The notes beneath the pieces are model-generated. The model made no database searches and was not told the DNA's origin. It saw nothing but the letters and a program-made list of their open reading frames with translations. Below, piece by piece: positions 40,523-52,379 of a stretch of 64,000 nt of DNA (position 1 is the first letter of the stretch; each line of letters begins with the position of its first letter). The stretch is from Leucoraja ocellata (lineage: Eukaryota), in assembly GCA_036785375.1 (NCBI GenBank), contig JAWMAR010000246.1, forward strand, positions 1,178,001 through 1,242,000, given 5' to 3'. A program made the position numbers and the translations under genes.

Positions 40523-40698
40523 TTAAAATGTTCTGCAGGGCCTTTCCAGTTTGCAAGACCATACATTCAAAGGTAAAAGTCCAAGTAGCACAATCGTTGC
40601 GAGTATCCCAGGCAGCAGTAAGTATCTAATTGGTAACAGCTGAGATCCATCTGAAATTAGCTGGTAATATCTGAGATAGTTTAAATCTCTTTTAATAT
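40523..40698 (-). CDS. TDGF1: EGF-CFC coding exon 6 (membrane-anchor segment)
   Basis: ttcag|AT ATT: DIKRDLNYLRYYQLISDGSQLLPIRYLLLPGILATIVLLGLLPLNVWSCKLERPCRTF-stop; total CDS 645 nt = 214 aa. Confidence 0.82.
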
Positions 40699-41984
40699 CT
40701 GAAGCATAAAAGAAATAGAAGGATAAGCACAGAGAAATTGATATTAACTGATTAAAAGCAAATCAGAAAATTATTTAGCTCCAAAGTTGACACCATTAAA
40801 CATTATTACACTGTTTTGAGATGGAGATACAGCATGGAAACATGCCCATTGCCCACCTAGTCCACACCAAACATCGATCACCCATCCACACTAGTTCAAT
40901 GTTATTCCACTTTTGCATCCAGACCCTGCACACTAAGGGCAATGTGGAGAGGCCAATTAACCTGCAAACCCATAGGTCTTTGGGATGTGGGAGTAAACCC
41001 ACACTGTCATAAGGAGATCATGCAAATTCCATACAGACAACACCCCAGGTCAGGATTGAACCCGGGTCTCTGGCACTGTGTGGCAGCTCTATCAGCTACC
41101 AGCACTGTGCTGCCCTTATTCTCCAGCTTACCTCAACCTACGGGCATATTGCATTGAACCTCCACATTTTTACTTGGGTTTCTTTCTATTGTCTCAATCA
41201 CCAACCTTCTCATTTGTTTATTTCACATCCTGAACTTCGGGTCATCTTACATGAAAAGTGTTTTATTCTCAAACATAAATAGTTCAATGTCACATTTTGT
41301 TTGATTATCCCCCATGTAATTGGGACATTTTACCATCTTAGTATCTGTATATAATTGTTGTTGTTAAAACCCATCGCCATTGTCTCCTCAAAAAGAAACA
41401 ATCATCTGTCCTTACAACTATTACTTCAAAAAGCTCTCTTAATGCATCACCTCCTCACAGCTTCAGGCCAGCCTTCCTAAAACTCAGTGCTCGTACTATT
41501 TTTATAATACTGAATTAGCCGTAGCCAGTTATGAATGATAGGCGAGATGGTTCTTGAAATTTCCACACCATATATAATTGACCAGGTAACAAACTCAAGC
41601 ACCACCTCCTTTCTGACCAATTATCACAATCCTGCATTTTTAAAGGTTCCTTGGATTAATACACTTATCAGGAAGGCTGGCTCCATCCTGGGGACGGAGT
41701 TGGATTCATGGGAGGTGGTCTTGGAGGGGAGGATGCTCTTCAAACTGCAGAGCATCTTGGACAAACAGCTCACCCCCTCCATGACACACTGGTCAACGTA
41801 CCTTCAGCACTTCTATGAAATGACAAAGTTACTAGTTATCAATGAAAAAAAATGTACTAATTTCATAGAGAGATCATATGTACTGAATATAATGATATAC
41901 AGTATTTTACAAATAAAAGATGAAAGGTCACTATGACAAAGTTTACATTAAGATTGAAATCACAAGAAACTCAATGTTTCTTAC

Positions 41985-42091
41985 CACAGTCATCCTGAGA
42001 TCCTTTGATACAGTGCAAAATCCCATAGCTGCACTTACACCATGTACAATTTTTAGACACCCATGCTCCTTCAGGAATGTAGCCACAGTTT
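41985..42091 (-). CDS. TDGF1: EGF-CFC coding exon 5 (CFC domain)
   Basis: RNCGYIPEGAWVSKNCTWCKCSYGILHCIKGSQDDC: six-Cys CFC pattern; acag/gtaag; 107 nt. Confidence 0.95.
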
Positions 42092-42339
42092 CTGTCACAG
42101 AGAAATAAAACACAGGTAACTCTTACACAAATGACCAATAGTCATGTATGAATATGGACAATAAAACAAAAAAAAAAGGATAACCAGTAATGGGGAATAT
42201 TCTTATTTTCTGATTTGATACTGATCTCTGTGATCGTTACCTGAATTGTGGACTCAGCCAGTTAAATGTAAATAATCGTTTCCATTTGATGCAATCATTA
42301 AATGGCATCCAAATGTGTGCTTGCATTAAGGGAAATACT

Positions 42340-43410
42340 GAATTGGTTTCAAAAACAAATATTTCTTCAAATTCCTTTTGACCATTTGGGGGGACTACAG
42401 TATAGTCCCAAGGTGATCATCTTTCTATGTCTCAGCTCCATCCATATAGCCTCACTGGACAAATCATCAGTAATATTGTCTCGAACTACTATGGTTGCAT
42501 TCTCATTAATCAATAAACCTACATCCCCTCCATTATCTCATCCGCAGCATCTGTACCTGGAACATTAAGCTGCCAGTCCTGTCCGCCTCTTAGCCAGGTT
42601 TCGGTATTGGCGACAACTTCCCAGTCACACATACTATCCACGTCCTGTTAATCCACCTTACTCATCAGACCACATTAAAATAAATGCAACCTATCCAACA
42701 TTCCTTCCTCGCTCCCTGCCATACTTCTGCCTATTCTGTCAACTGAACTTTCTTTCATCACTTTCCATACCAACTTATGACCTCTCACCCACCTACATTG
42801 GATCCCGTCCCTCTGTCAATCTAGTTTAAACCCACCCAAGTAACACTTGCAAACCTGTCTACCAGGGTTTTGGTTCCCATCCTGTTCAGGTGCAGCCCAT
42901 TTCTCTTCTACAGATTACCTCTGTGCCAGAAGAGATCCCAGTGTACTAAAAATCTGAATCTCTGTCTCCTGCACCAACTCATCAGCCACGCATTCATCTG
43001 TCCTATCTTCCTGCTCCTATCATCACTGGCATGTGGCACCAGGAGTAATCTGAAGATTACCTCCTTGGAGGACCTGCTTTTTAATCTTTTGACCGAACTA
43101 CCTACAGAACTTCATCCATTTTCCTGCCTATGCCATTTGTGCCCACATGCACAATTTCTGCCATGCATTTTCTCCAAGATATCCTGGACCCTGGCACCAG
43201 GGAGGCAATATGCCATCTTCGAGTCTCATTTACTGCCACAGAATCTCCTGTTTCCCCTAACTAACGAGTTTCCTACCACTATGGCTCTGCCTGACATTAC
43301 GCTTCCCTGCTGTGTCTCAGAGCGAGGCTAGGTGCCACAGACCTGACTGCTGATGCTGCTCTCCCCTGGCAGGTCATCTCCCTTAACAGTATCCACAAGA
43401 TTATACCTGT
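42340..43410 (-). mobile_element. old CR1 5' region (esterase-type ORF1 / endonuclease start)
   Basis: Antisense caccagggaggcaatatgccat resembles the CLPGA block of CR1 ORF1; highly degenerate. Confidence 0.55.
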
Positions 43411-43525
43411 TTTGATACAGATTTATAATGTCCACCATCCTGGTCTATATAATTCATATCTACCTCAACTATAACCAATTGAGAGGATTTAAATTCTTAA
43501 ATTTGAACGACCCAATTGATCATAC

Positions 43526-43640
43526 CTAATGCGTTCATCATATTCACAACTTCTTCCCACAAAGTGTTTTTGGCAAATGCAGAAACTGCCAAGTACACAT
43601 GTTCCTCCATTTTGACAACAACTCCTGTTCAGCCTGCTAC
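43526..43640 (-). CDS. TDGF1: EGF-CFC coding exon 4 (truncated EGF-like domain)
   Basis: [38 protein letters not shown]: diagnostic CCxNGGTCxLGSFCxC motif with O-fucose Thr and N-glycan NRS; ccag/gtatga; 115 nt. Confidence 0.96.
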
Positions 43641-43734
43641 CTGGGGAAAGAAAACAAATTGTAAACCTTCAGAAAAAATAGCATTGGCCATTTTGAGCCA
43701 TTTCCTTCAATATCTGTGACACAGTCAAAGTAAA

Positions 43735-44715
43735 GGCACACTGGTGCAGCTGTTAGAGCTGCTGCCTCAAAGCGTCGCAGACCCAGATTTTGGGTGCAGT
43801 CTGTGTGGAGTTTGCACGTTCTCCCTGTGACTATGTGGGTTTCCTCTGGATGCTCCGCTTTCTTCCCACATCCTTGCAGGATTGTAGCATAATTGCCCTC
43901 TGCAAATTGCCCCAAGTATGTAGGGAGCAGAGGCAAAAGTGGGTTAACAGGGAAGTGTGAAGTCAACGATGATTGGCATGGACCAAGGGGCTTGTTTCCA
44001 TGCTGCATCAATCATTGATCACGCACACTAATTCCATGTGATCACACCCACCCTTTGTCACCCTGCTGTAGGAAGGATGTTCTTAAGCTGGAAAGAGTGC
44101 AGAGAATATGTAGGAAGGTACTGCAGATGCTGGTTTAAAATGAATATACACGCGAAAAGCTGGAGTAACACAGCGGGTCAGGCACCATCTCTGGAGAAAA
44201 GGAATGGGTGACTAATGAAGGGTTTTGACCCAAAACGTCATGTATTCATTTTCGATGCTATCTGACCCGCTAAGTTACTCCAGCTTTCTATCTCAAGAGT
44301 GCAGAGAAGAGGATGTTGCCAGGACTTGAGGCCTTAAGCTACAGGGATATGTTGGGCAAGCTTGGACTTTATTGGAGTGCAGGAGGTTAAGGAGTGATCT
44401 TATAGATGTGTATAAAGTCCTGAGGGGTGTCGATAGGGTGAATGCACAATCTATCATCCAATGTTGGGGAATAAAGAATCATGGGTTTCAGGAGAGAGGG
44501 GAAAGATTTAATCGGTACCCAAGGGGCAACTTTTTCACAGAGGGTGGTGGGTACCTGGAATGAGCTGCCAGAGAAGGTAATTGAGGCAGCTACTATGACA
44601 ACATTTAGAAACATTTGGGCAGGTACATGAATAGGAAAGGTTTAGAGGGATATGGGCAAATTGCAAGCAGGTGGGACTATTGTAGATAGGGCATATTGTT
44701 CAGCATGGGCAAGTT
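43735..44715 (+). mobile_element. HE1 SINE followed by CR1 3' fragment with nested Penelope fold-back (~44110-44290)
   Basis: V-domain motif; ECRRLRSDLIDVYK; inverted terminal-repeat arms. Confidence 0.8.
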
Positions 44716-45149
44716 GTCTACCTTCGATTTTCCAGCATCTGTAGTTCCTTCTTAAATATATTAACGTTCATGTCATTTATATATATCACAAACACAAGCA
44801 GTAGATAGAAATGTTCAGTGAACTTTTGTAATTTTGTCGGTGCCAAAACATGGCAACATTTTGTGTACTGCCCAGATGGGGCCTGCTATATGATTTTACC
44901 TGGTCGTATGCAAAACAAAGCATTTCACTGTACCTAAATACATGTCACAATAAAATATCATTCAATCAGGTGACATTTTGGGTCAGAACCCTTCTTCAGA
45001 CTGAATATTTACTTTTGTTGGATTTCTCAGCATTTTCAATCAGGCAAATGCAAATTGAGGGACAATAAGTAAGAGATTATAACTATCAACCACCTGGTCC
45101 ACAAAGCACACTTAACTTGCTACATTTCATGGGTCTAGATATTTGTATT

Positions 45150-45425
45150 TATCAGCTCTGCCTTAGTGGCAGCACTAGTGCCCCTCAGTCAGAAGGTTAT
45201 GAATTCAAGTACACTTCAGAGAATTTGAAACATAATTCAGGCCAATTCCTCAGTTTAGTACTAAGGAAGGACTGTGTGATTAAAGATACTGTATTATCTT
45301 TCTATTGAGATGTTAAGATGAGACCCTCTTGGGTGAACATAAGAACTGGCTTTGCACTGTTGTAAGAAGAATTGAAGTGGTTAATCCTGAAGTCCTGCCA
45401 ACATTATTCATTCAACTAACATTGA
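45150..45425 (+). mobile_element. ancient Deu-domain SINE (SacSINE1/AmnSINE1-related), degenerate
   Basis: cagtcagaaggttatgaattcaagt head; tctttctattgagatgttaa...gaagaattgaagtgg...gtcctgccaacatt resembles the Deu core. Confidence 0.6.
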
Positions 45426-46399
45426 ATAAATTGGAATTTTGTCCTGAGCTCAACCTTAACCCTGTGCATCCATTTTGATGCCAAGTTGCATCCAACTCTC
45501 AATTTAATTTGAAAATCGCAAACTTAAAACTACAAACAAAACAAGCTCCAAAGAAATGCTGATACATTTATTTTGGTTTGAAAATCAAGACTCCAACCCT
45601 CTCATCATTCACAGGCTTGTTTTTCAAATGTTTATATTAGTTATGCCTTGCCTGAAAGTCATATGGTACAGGTTTCAGTGAAGATAAAGTTTGCAAATTG
45701 CAATACAGAGATCAGCAAAATAATTTTGCTTACTTACACTTGAAAATCTGGATACAAAGAAAATCCCCTCCCCCCCTTTCCCCCAACCCCCTCCTCTCCC
45801 TCCCAACACACTCACACATAGTCATGGAACATAAAATAGTGCAGCACAGGATGGGCCCTTCGGGCCACAATATTGATGCCGAACATTATGTCAATAATGA
45901 CATAATGTTCGGCATCAATAATGTGGCTGTCTGTACATGATCCATATCCCATCTGTCTGTACATGATCCATATCCCTCTATACCCTGCTCTTCCATGTGC
46001 CTATCTAAAAACGTATTAAACACCACTATCCTACCTGCTTCCACCACCATCCCGGCCAATGCTATCCAGGTCGCCACAACTCTGCCTAAAATATATTTGC
46101 CCAGCATACAGCATTCAACTTTCCCCCTCTCATTGTATACCCATGTTCTCTGTGTTGCACATTTCCTATGAAAAAAGGGTTCTGACTGTTTAACCTATCT
46201 ATATGCTCCTCGTCATTTTATATATTTCTATCAAGTCTTCCCTCAACTTCCCACGTTCCAGAGAAAACAATCCAAGTCTATCCCTGTAGATGAACCCTTC
46301 TAATCCGGGCAGCATTCTGGTAAACCTCTTCTGCGCCCTCTCCAACGCTTCCAAATCATTCCTGTAATGGGGCCAGGTGAACGGCATGCAATACAGCAA

Positions 46400-46495
46400 A
46401 GGTACACAAAAAAGCAGGATAAACTCAGCGGGTGCAGCAGCATCTATGGAGCGAAGGAAATAGGCAACGTTTCGGGCCGAAACCCTTCTTCAGAC
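46400..46495 (-). mobile_element. Penelope-derived mini-element nested in CR1
   Basis: Begins GTCTGAAGAAGGGTTTCGGCCCGAAAC on the minus strand; gcaaa on both flanks. Confidence 0.8.
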
Positions 46496-47113
46496 GGCAA
46501 ATGCGGCCTAACCAAAGTCTTTTTGAGTTGCATCATTTCGATTGACTAACATTTGTAATTCGGAACAGGGTCAGTTTCTTGGCCGAATCGTCCCTCGCAC
46601 CGAGGGTCCAACAAAAGGGTGTAAATTTTTGCGCATTTGGCATGGAAATTGAAGTGGGCTATTCATCCCTTCAAGGATGTTCTGCTATTCCACGAAGGAT
46701 CAAATATATTATTTTATGTCGATGTCCTTTTAGAGCCTAAAATGTAGTCAATAATTATGATTTTAAAGCGGTACTTTTTCCCCTCGAAAGCTTTTCCCAC
46801 CCAGCTGGTAGGATGATAATAAAACCAAGCGAGCGTGCTATGTTTACCTAGTTAAGACTAGTTTGTTTGGATAAGGATTAAAAAGCTAAAGAGAGATTAT
46901 TGAAGATGTGATTGATTGATTGGGGGGACGTGGCAATTGAAACGAAACTCGGATAAAGTTTACGACTTCTGTATAAATATTGCAACGTGAACTGTAACAT
47001 TTGTACATATTAAGCCATTACAGTGTCCCGCCGCCGTTATTTAACAGCTGAGCCACTATTAGGTTCTGCCCCTATTTGCAACAGTGGCTTTTTTTTAAAT
47101 TGAGCTAACTTAC

Positions 47114-47287
47114 TGTCCGTAATTCCAGTGAACGGTATGACCGCTTCATGGCTTCGAAATTTTCGGTCTTCCGCCTGTTTGTTAAATTGATTAAAACGTC
47201 TCAAAGAGGATCTGTGAGTTTTCTCTGTGTGTTTCTGAGCAGCGGATTCCAGAGTGTCTTTATCCTCACAATGTTGACCTTCACAGC
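47114..47287 (-). CDS. TDGF1: EGF-CFC coding exon 3
   Basis: ttcag|GC TGT: GCEGQHCEDK...SLRRFNQFNKQAEDRKFRSHEAVIPFTGITD, resembling the fish Oep N-terminal region (GCEG.EC...PFVGLT); donor A|gtaagt; 174 nt. Confidence 0.88.
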
Positions 47288-47380
47288 CTGAAACCGACCA
47301 TAGATAAACGGTGGGTATTACAAGATGTCACGAGAAATAGAGATGACTAGAACCGGCCCAGCTTCACTTAAATCACTCAC

Positions 47381-47430
47381 CGGCTTCAGTTCCCGCAGTT
47401 TGTAAGATGAAGATCACCGCAGAGAGGAAC
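47381..47430 (-). CDS. TDGF1: EGF-CFC coding exon 2 (signal peptide core)
   Basis: tttttag|G TTC...: FLSAVIFILQTAGTEA; donor G|gtgagt; 50 nt. Confidence 0.8.
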
Positions 47431-47513
47431 CTAAAAAACATATCAGATAGTGGTGAACACTGCGCCCAAACCCTACCCGAGGATCTTCCCCGTCATCCTT
47501 TCAGCAAACTTAC

Positions 47514-47536
47514 CGAGAAGCTCTTCCGAATTTCAT
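47514..47536 (-). CDS. TDGF1: EGF-CFC (Cripto/tdgf1/oep-like) coding exon 1
   Basis: ATG AAA TTC GGA AGA GCT TCT CG|gtaagt (MKFGRASR); phase matches the next exon; paralogue assignment uncertain. Confidence 0.75.
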
Positions 47537-49849
47537 TTTCTTTGCCAACCAAAGATTATAATTCATTCGTGCGTTGAAATCCAATGGATCCTCCGTCAGA
47601 GTAACCGGTGACAGACACTACACTGTTCGTGCGCTTTCTGACCCTTGTTAAACTGCAACGATTAACAGAAGTTCTCACCTCCTGCCTCCCGAACTCCCGA
47701 GTACACTACCTACCCTCAAAGCATGTCCCGCCTCCACATTCAAATCAGCATCTCCCCATCTCCCTTCGACTTTTACGTTTTTTCATCTGCCTTCATTTTA
47801 AATCTCAATATTCGCACCAACAGTTAGTAACAGTTTTACAGTGTTGCCCAGTTACAGCAATTCCCCACATTAACACATGAGAGCCAAACCATTAAGAAGT
47901 CCATTCACTTTAACGCCCTTCGTTTCTTATTTTCTCAAAACAAGGACGTGATCTTTTTTAGTTTACATTGATATTTATTTTAGATTGGGTTTTTTTGCGA
48001 ATTCCTGCCCTTCAAGTAGTATCTGAGGCCGCATCCTTGATCCCTGTTAACCGGTTTTGCTATTCGTGGCTAAAGGCGGCAGGTATCATCAATTGAGAAG
48101 AGATTTTACCGGTCCACGAAACAGCCCGATCTGATCAACTGTGCGGTGATTGATTTGAGATGGTTGTTGGATCCTTGTTATAGCAAACACAAATGGTCAT
48201 CTTAGCAGATCTCGCGGTAAAGTGTACCACGTTAAGCTACGTTAATTCCTTGTCAAATGTGCCACCATAACTCAATCTTTCCTTCCCAGATTCATTCATT
48301 CTTCCTTTCATAGATGTTCTCCCCTCTTTCTCTTTAAGACAATTTTATTTCCCATCGCCACCAAGTAAATATTCTTGGAGTGTGAGCCTGAATGGACAGT
48401 ATCAGCACTCCGAAACCACTATTCTCCCAGTCTTCATCCAGTGGCCAAGGAAAAGATATTTACAGCAGGGGGGCACTTGGATAGCAGTTGGAGGTGAGAA
48501 TCCTGGCTCTTTTCTACTTGTTAGCCCTGGGTCATCAAGGCCAAATGTCATGACGTGCGAGATCGGAAAACTCAGAGAAGATCCATGCTTCTTGCTCAGG
48601 TCTAATATCAAGTCGGTTTCTGGCCATGTAACTAATGTCTTAATCTAGACTTTAATTGTCTGAATATCTTAATTAGACATTTAGGTAACAATCTATTATG
48701 ATAAATTAAATGGAATGCCCTTTGGAACCTGGAAACGCAGTTTTATGTTTGGATTTAGAATTTCCTAAGTCATTAATAAATAGATTGTAAAAATCGAATG
48801 TGACTATGATACAAAAGCAAATAACATATTGATTATAATTGATTATAATTTATAGTTGACTTTGTTATGTCCCCAGAGGTAGTGTGGAATGCAGAAGAAA
48901 TGTATGCTTTAACCCTATACATTAAATCACAAAGTAATGACATTGATAAAATGCTATATACCATATATATTTTTAATATATTATTTTTCTTGGAGTGAGC
49001 AATATATAGCAAGCAATATATTATCACTGGCCCATAGTTATACCACATGGGGAGCTATAAATCATTAACTCCTCTATTGATTATCTTATCCTCACTCAAC
49101 ACAGTTGGGAAGAAAATGTGTTCTCGGAGGAGGTTTACATTCCACTGAATGCTATCTTGTTTATCGCAAAGTACTTGCTGGTTAGATAAAGTACATGGGA
49201 TGAATGCCATTCAGAGCTCTCATCCAAATGAGGCTTATTTAAATATTTTGGCTGAGGAAACATTTGTTCCACCTTTATTTGGGATTTAACTGCTCATTGA
49301 AGTAGAACTTTAAAGATGGTAATATTTGCACGTAAATTTAAATTATAACAGTCTGCACCAATAATTTGGAATTACAGACTATTAAAAAAAACAAAGAACT
49401 GCAGATGCCGGTTTTCAAAAAAATAGGTGAAGTGCTGGAGTAACTCAGTGGGTCGGGCAGCATCTCTAGAGAACATGTATAGGTGACATTTTATGTCGGG
49501 ACCCTTCTTCACACTTACATTGCGTATTTACTGGATCAAAATACCCCAAGGCACCACGGAAGGATTAAGTAAATGTGAATCACATTCACATTAACAGAGA
49601 CTATAGCAAGAGGCATGAGTTTGGTATTAAGTAGGAGAGAGGCACTGAGATGGGGAGATTCACAAAGGGATCATCCTTGTTCATAAGGTCATAAGTGATA
49701 GGAGTTAGGCCATTTGGCCCATCTAGTCTATGCCATTCAATCATGGCAGATCTATCTCTCCCTCCTTACCCCATTCTCTGCCTGTTGATAGAGTAATAAT
49801 TATTCCCAGGAAATAAACTTTATTTTAAAAATAAAAAAATAAAATATTG

Positions 49850-50160
49850 GACCTATCCTCTGTTCCCTTCACTGTCAGGTCTGACTACATGAAGTTGCCG
49901 GGGATTTGGTTTGGAGGAATCGGGTGTGCAGTAAAAATTGGCAGGAGCGGAGAGACAAATTCCAACAGAAATTGGACGTTGGAGCAAAGCTCCTTCTCGA
50001 TGGCGGGCAAGAATCTGATCATCCGATGTGAGGTGCTCTTGCTGTTGTTGCACATGGTGCACGTGTGACCCATATCCTGCTACTGTGTCATGGCAGATAC
50101 CCAAACTGTGTTCCCTTTCAGTGGGGATCCATGACGGAGCTTGTCCGACAGGTTGCATTA
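49850..50160 (+). mobile_element. Tx1/L1-clade ORF2 fragment
   Basis: VPFTVRSDYMKLPGIWFG...SMAGKNLIIRCEVL resembles the L1/Tx1 KYLGI...LS..GK region; frameshifted. Confidence 0.65.
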
Positions 50161-52379
50161 CACAAATCTCCAGGTGTGAGGTTTGTACATTATCCACTGT
50201 CACTAAGTGGCTTTCCTCCAGGTGCTCCATTTTTTTCCCACAGCTGAAAGACATGCGGGTTTCTCGGATAATTGGCCTTTGTTAATTGCATCTAGTATAT
50301 AGGGAATGGATGAGCAAGGGAGATACTATCCAACTACTGTGAATGGGTGATGCTGGTCAGTGTGGACTCGGTGGGTCAAAGGGCCTTTTCACACACTTTA
50401 TCACTAAACTAAACTCACTTCAGCCAATACAAAGGCTCTACAGAGAAGGACAATAGCAGAGGTCCTACCCCAACAATAGTTGGGAACACTGAAAGGCTGG
50501 ACCTGGGTAATGGCCTCCCAAATGTTTCATTGTGCATTGTTTAAGATGGAAATAGGAGTGACATTGAAATATTATAAGAGAACATACTAAATTGATGGTA
50601 CAATGAGTGTAAAGGAAGATGTGTAACAACTGTATTTTCTGTGTACATATTGTGAATGTGTTATATTTTTGAAATTAAAAATAGGAGTTTGCTTCGAGAT
50701 GAGTTACCAAATCATGTTTGTTAATAGAGATGGAAACCACCTTTGTCCCCTCAGGCTTCACTGATTCTGGCCTCAAATCTACTTTCTTCTTCAAAACCTA
50801 ATCTTTCCCTGATCCTAGCATCCAATTTCTCCCTTTGCTTTCAAGCTCTGCATCTCACTCCTGGCTTTTCTGATCTTTCTGTTTTCTCTGCTAGAGCTCA
50901 ATGCTAAATGTCTATCCTGCTCAGTAGCTAGCCAGCCAAAATTTCAACATGATGATATTTTTCATTCAGTATTCCGTAAGGAAAATGTAATTCAGATTCA
51001 GATTCAATCTTTATTGTCATTGTGCAGTGTACAATACAGAGACAACGAAATTGCATTGCAATGTGAGGATTCCTCTACATTGATGGCAGAAACAATTATC
51101 CAGTTACTGGACTGATGGTGGGAAGTAGATTTAGAGGAGAGTGAGCATAGAAGGTGAAGGGAGAACCTACCTTTTTTATGTTTTGTAGAGCTGGAAGATA
51201 AATCCTGCTCGTGGATTTGTAAAATATTATTACAAAAAATTGTGGCGGTCTCTTGAGCATAGCCTCACTAAATGCAGCAGTGAAATCATGTGTTCAATTT
51301 ATTTTAAACTGATCTATTGTGTTGCAAAGTTGATGAGAGAGTTCTATGCATTTTTGAAGATATTGGAAGATCATAAATGAAACAACTTTTGCGACATATA
51401 CAGAATCCGTATCCTCATGACGCAGTTATACCAAGTAATTTTCCAGCAAGCTTTCTTAATTATAGTCTAAGTTTTACTCATGTAAGATTTTTCATAATAG
51501 TTCTCGATAAGCAGGTACAGGTAGCACACATGTCATATGTAATGTGATGCATTACCATGGATAGCAGTTTTGGTTCCCAAGTCTGTCATTATAATTCTTC
51601 AGGATCAAGTGCATCTTCTGCCACTGCTCAGTAGCATATATTTTAAAATAAGTCTAACTCTGCTGCATTGAACCAAATTCTAGGTGGTTATGCAGGAATT
51701 GAATATTGTAAAATAAAAGAAAATAAAAGAAAATAAAAATATCTATAGACAATGGAAATCTGAAATAAATGCGAGAAACACTCAGCAGGGCAGACAGCAT
51801 CTGTGGAGAGAAAAACAGTCAATATTCCGATGAAGAGTAATTGATCTGAAATATTAACTCTGCTTCTCTCTCCAAAGGTGTTGCCTGGCTTGCTGAACAT
51901 CTGTTTCTATGCAAAACCACATATGCTGTTGGTTTTCTCACATCCTTTTGTTTTTCTGAAATCCACTTTAATGTAGTCTCTGTTAAGCCCCATCTGTGCA
52001 CTTTGTCCTTTAGAAAACATTGCTGTGCAAACATTGTCATCTTTTTTTCTTTTCTCTTGTAACCAAACTGTTTGCCTCAAAGAATAAACATTTCCCAACA
52101 TTTCAACTATTTTATTGACTAACACAGCAATCTAAGTTTTCCATGTTTACCTTGAAAGGTCGACAATTCTTCTACCTGTAAATTTTGTAATGTTTGGTGG
52201 GTACAATCAAGAAGACTCATGATTTAAGGTTAGGTTTATGATTGTAAAGTGTACAAAGCTATGGAGAAAAGTTTGGTATTTCCTGATATCTAATCAAATC
52301 AGAGGTAATTTCTGGTTTGTGCTGTACTGTTTAATCACTGCTGCTGCGCTGACAGGAGAGATGTAAGTCAGTGGATCTA

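Noticed and set aside
40357-40566. 69-aa ORF MYGLANWKG... in the track
   Set aside because: Out of frame with the spliced EGF-CFC last exon; mostly its 3'UTR
47537-48300. TCF, Sox, CCAAT and TATA-like short motifs upstream of the Cripto ATG
   Set aside because: Isolated 5-7 bp matches expected by chance; no conservation data
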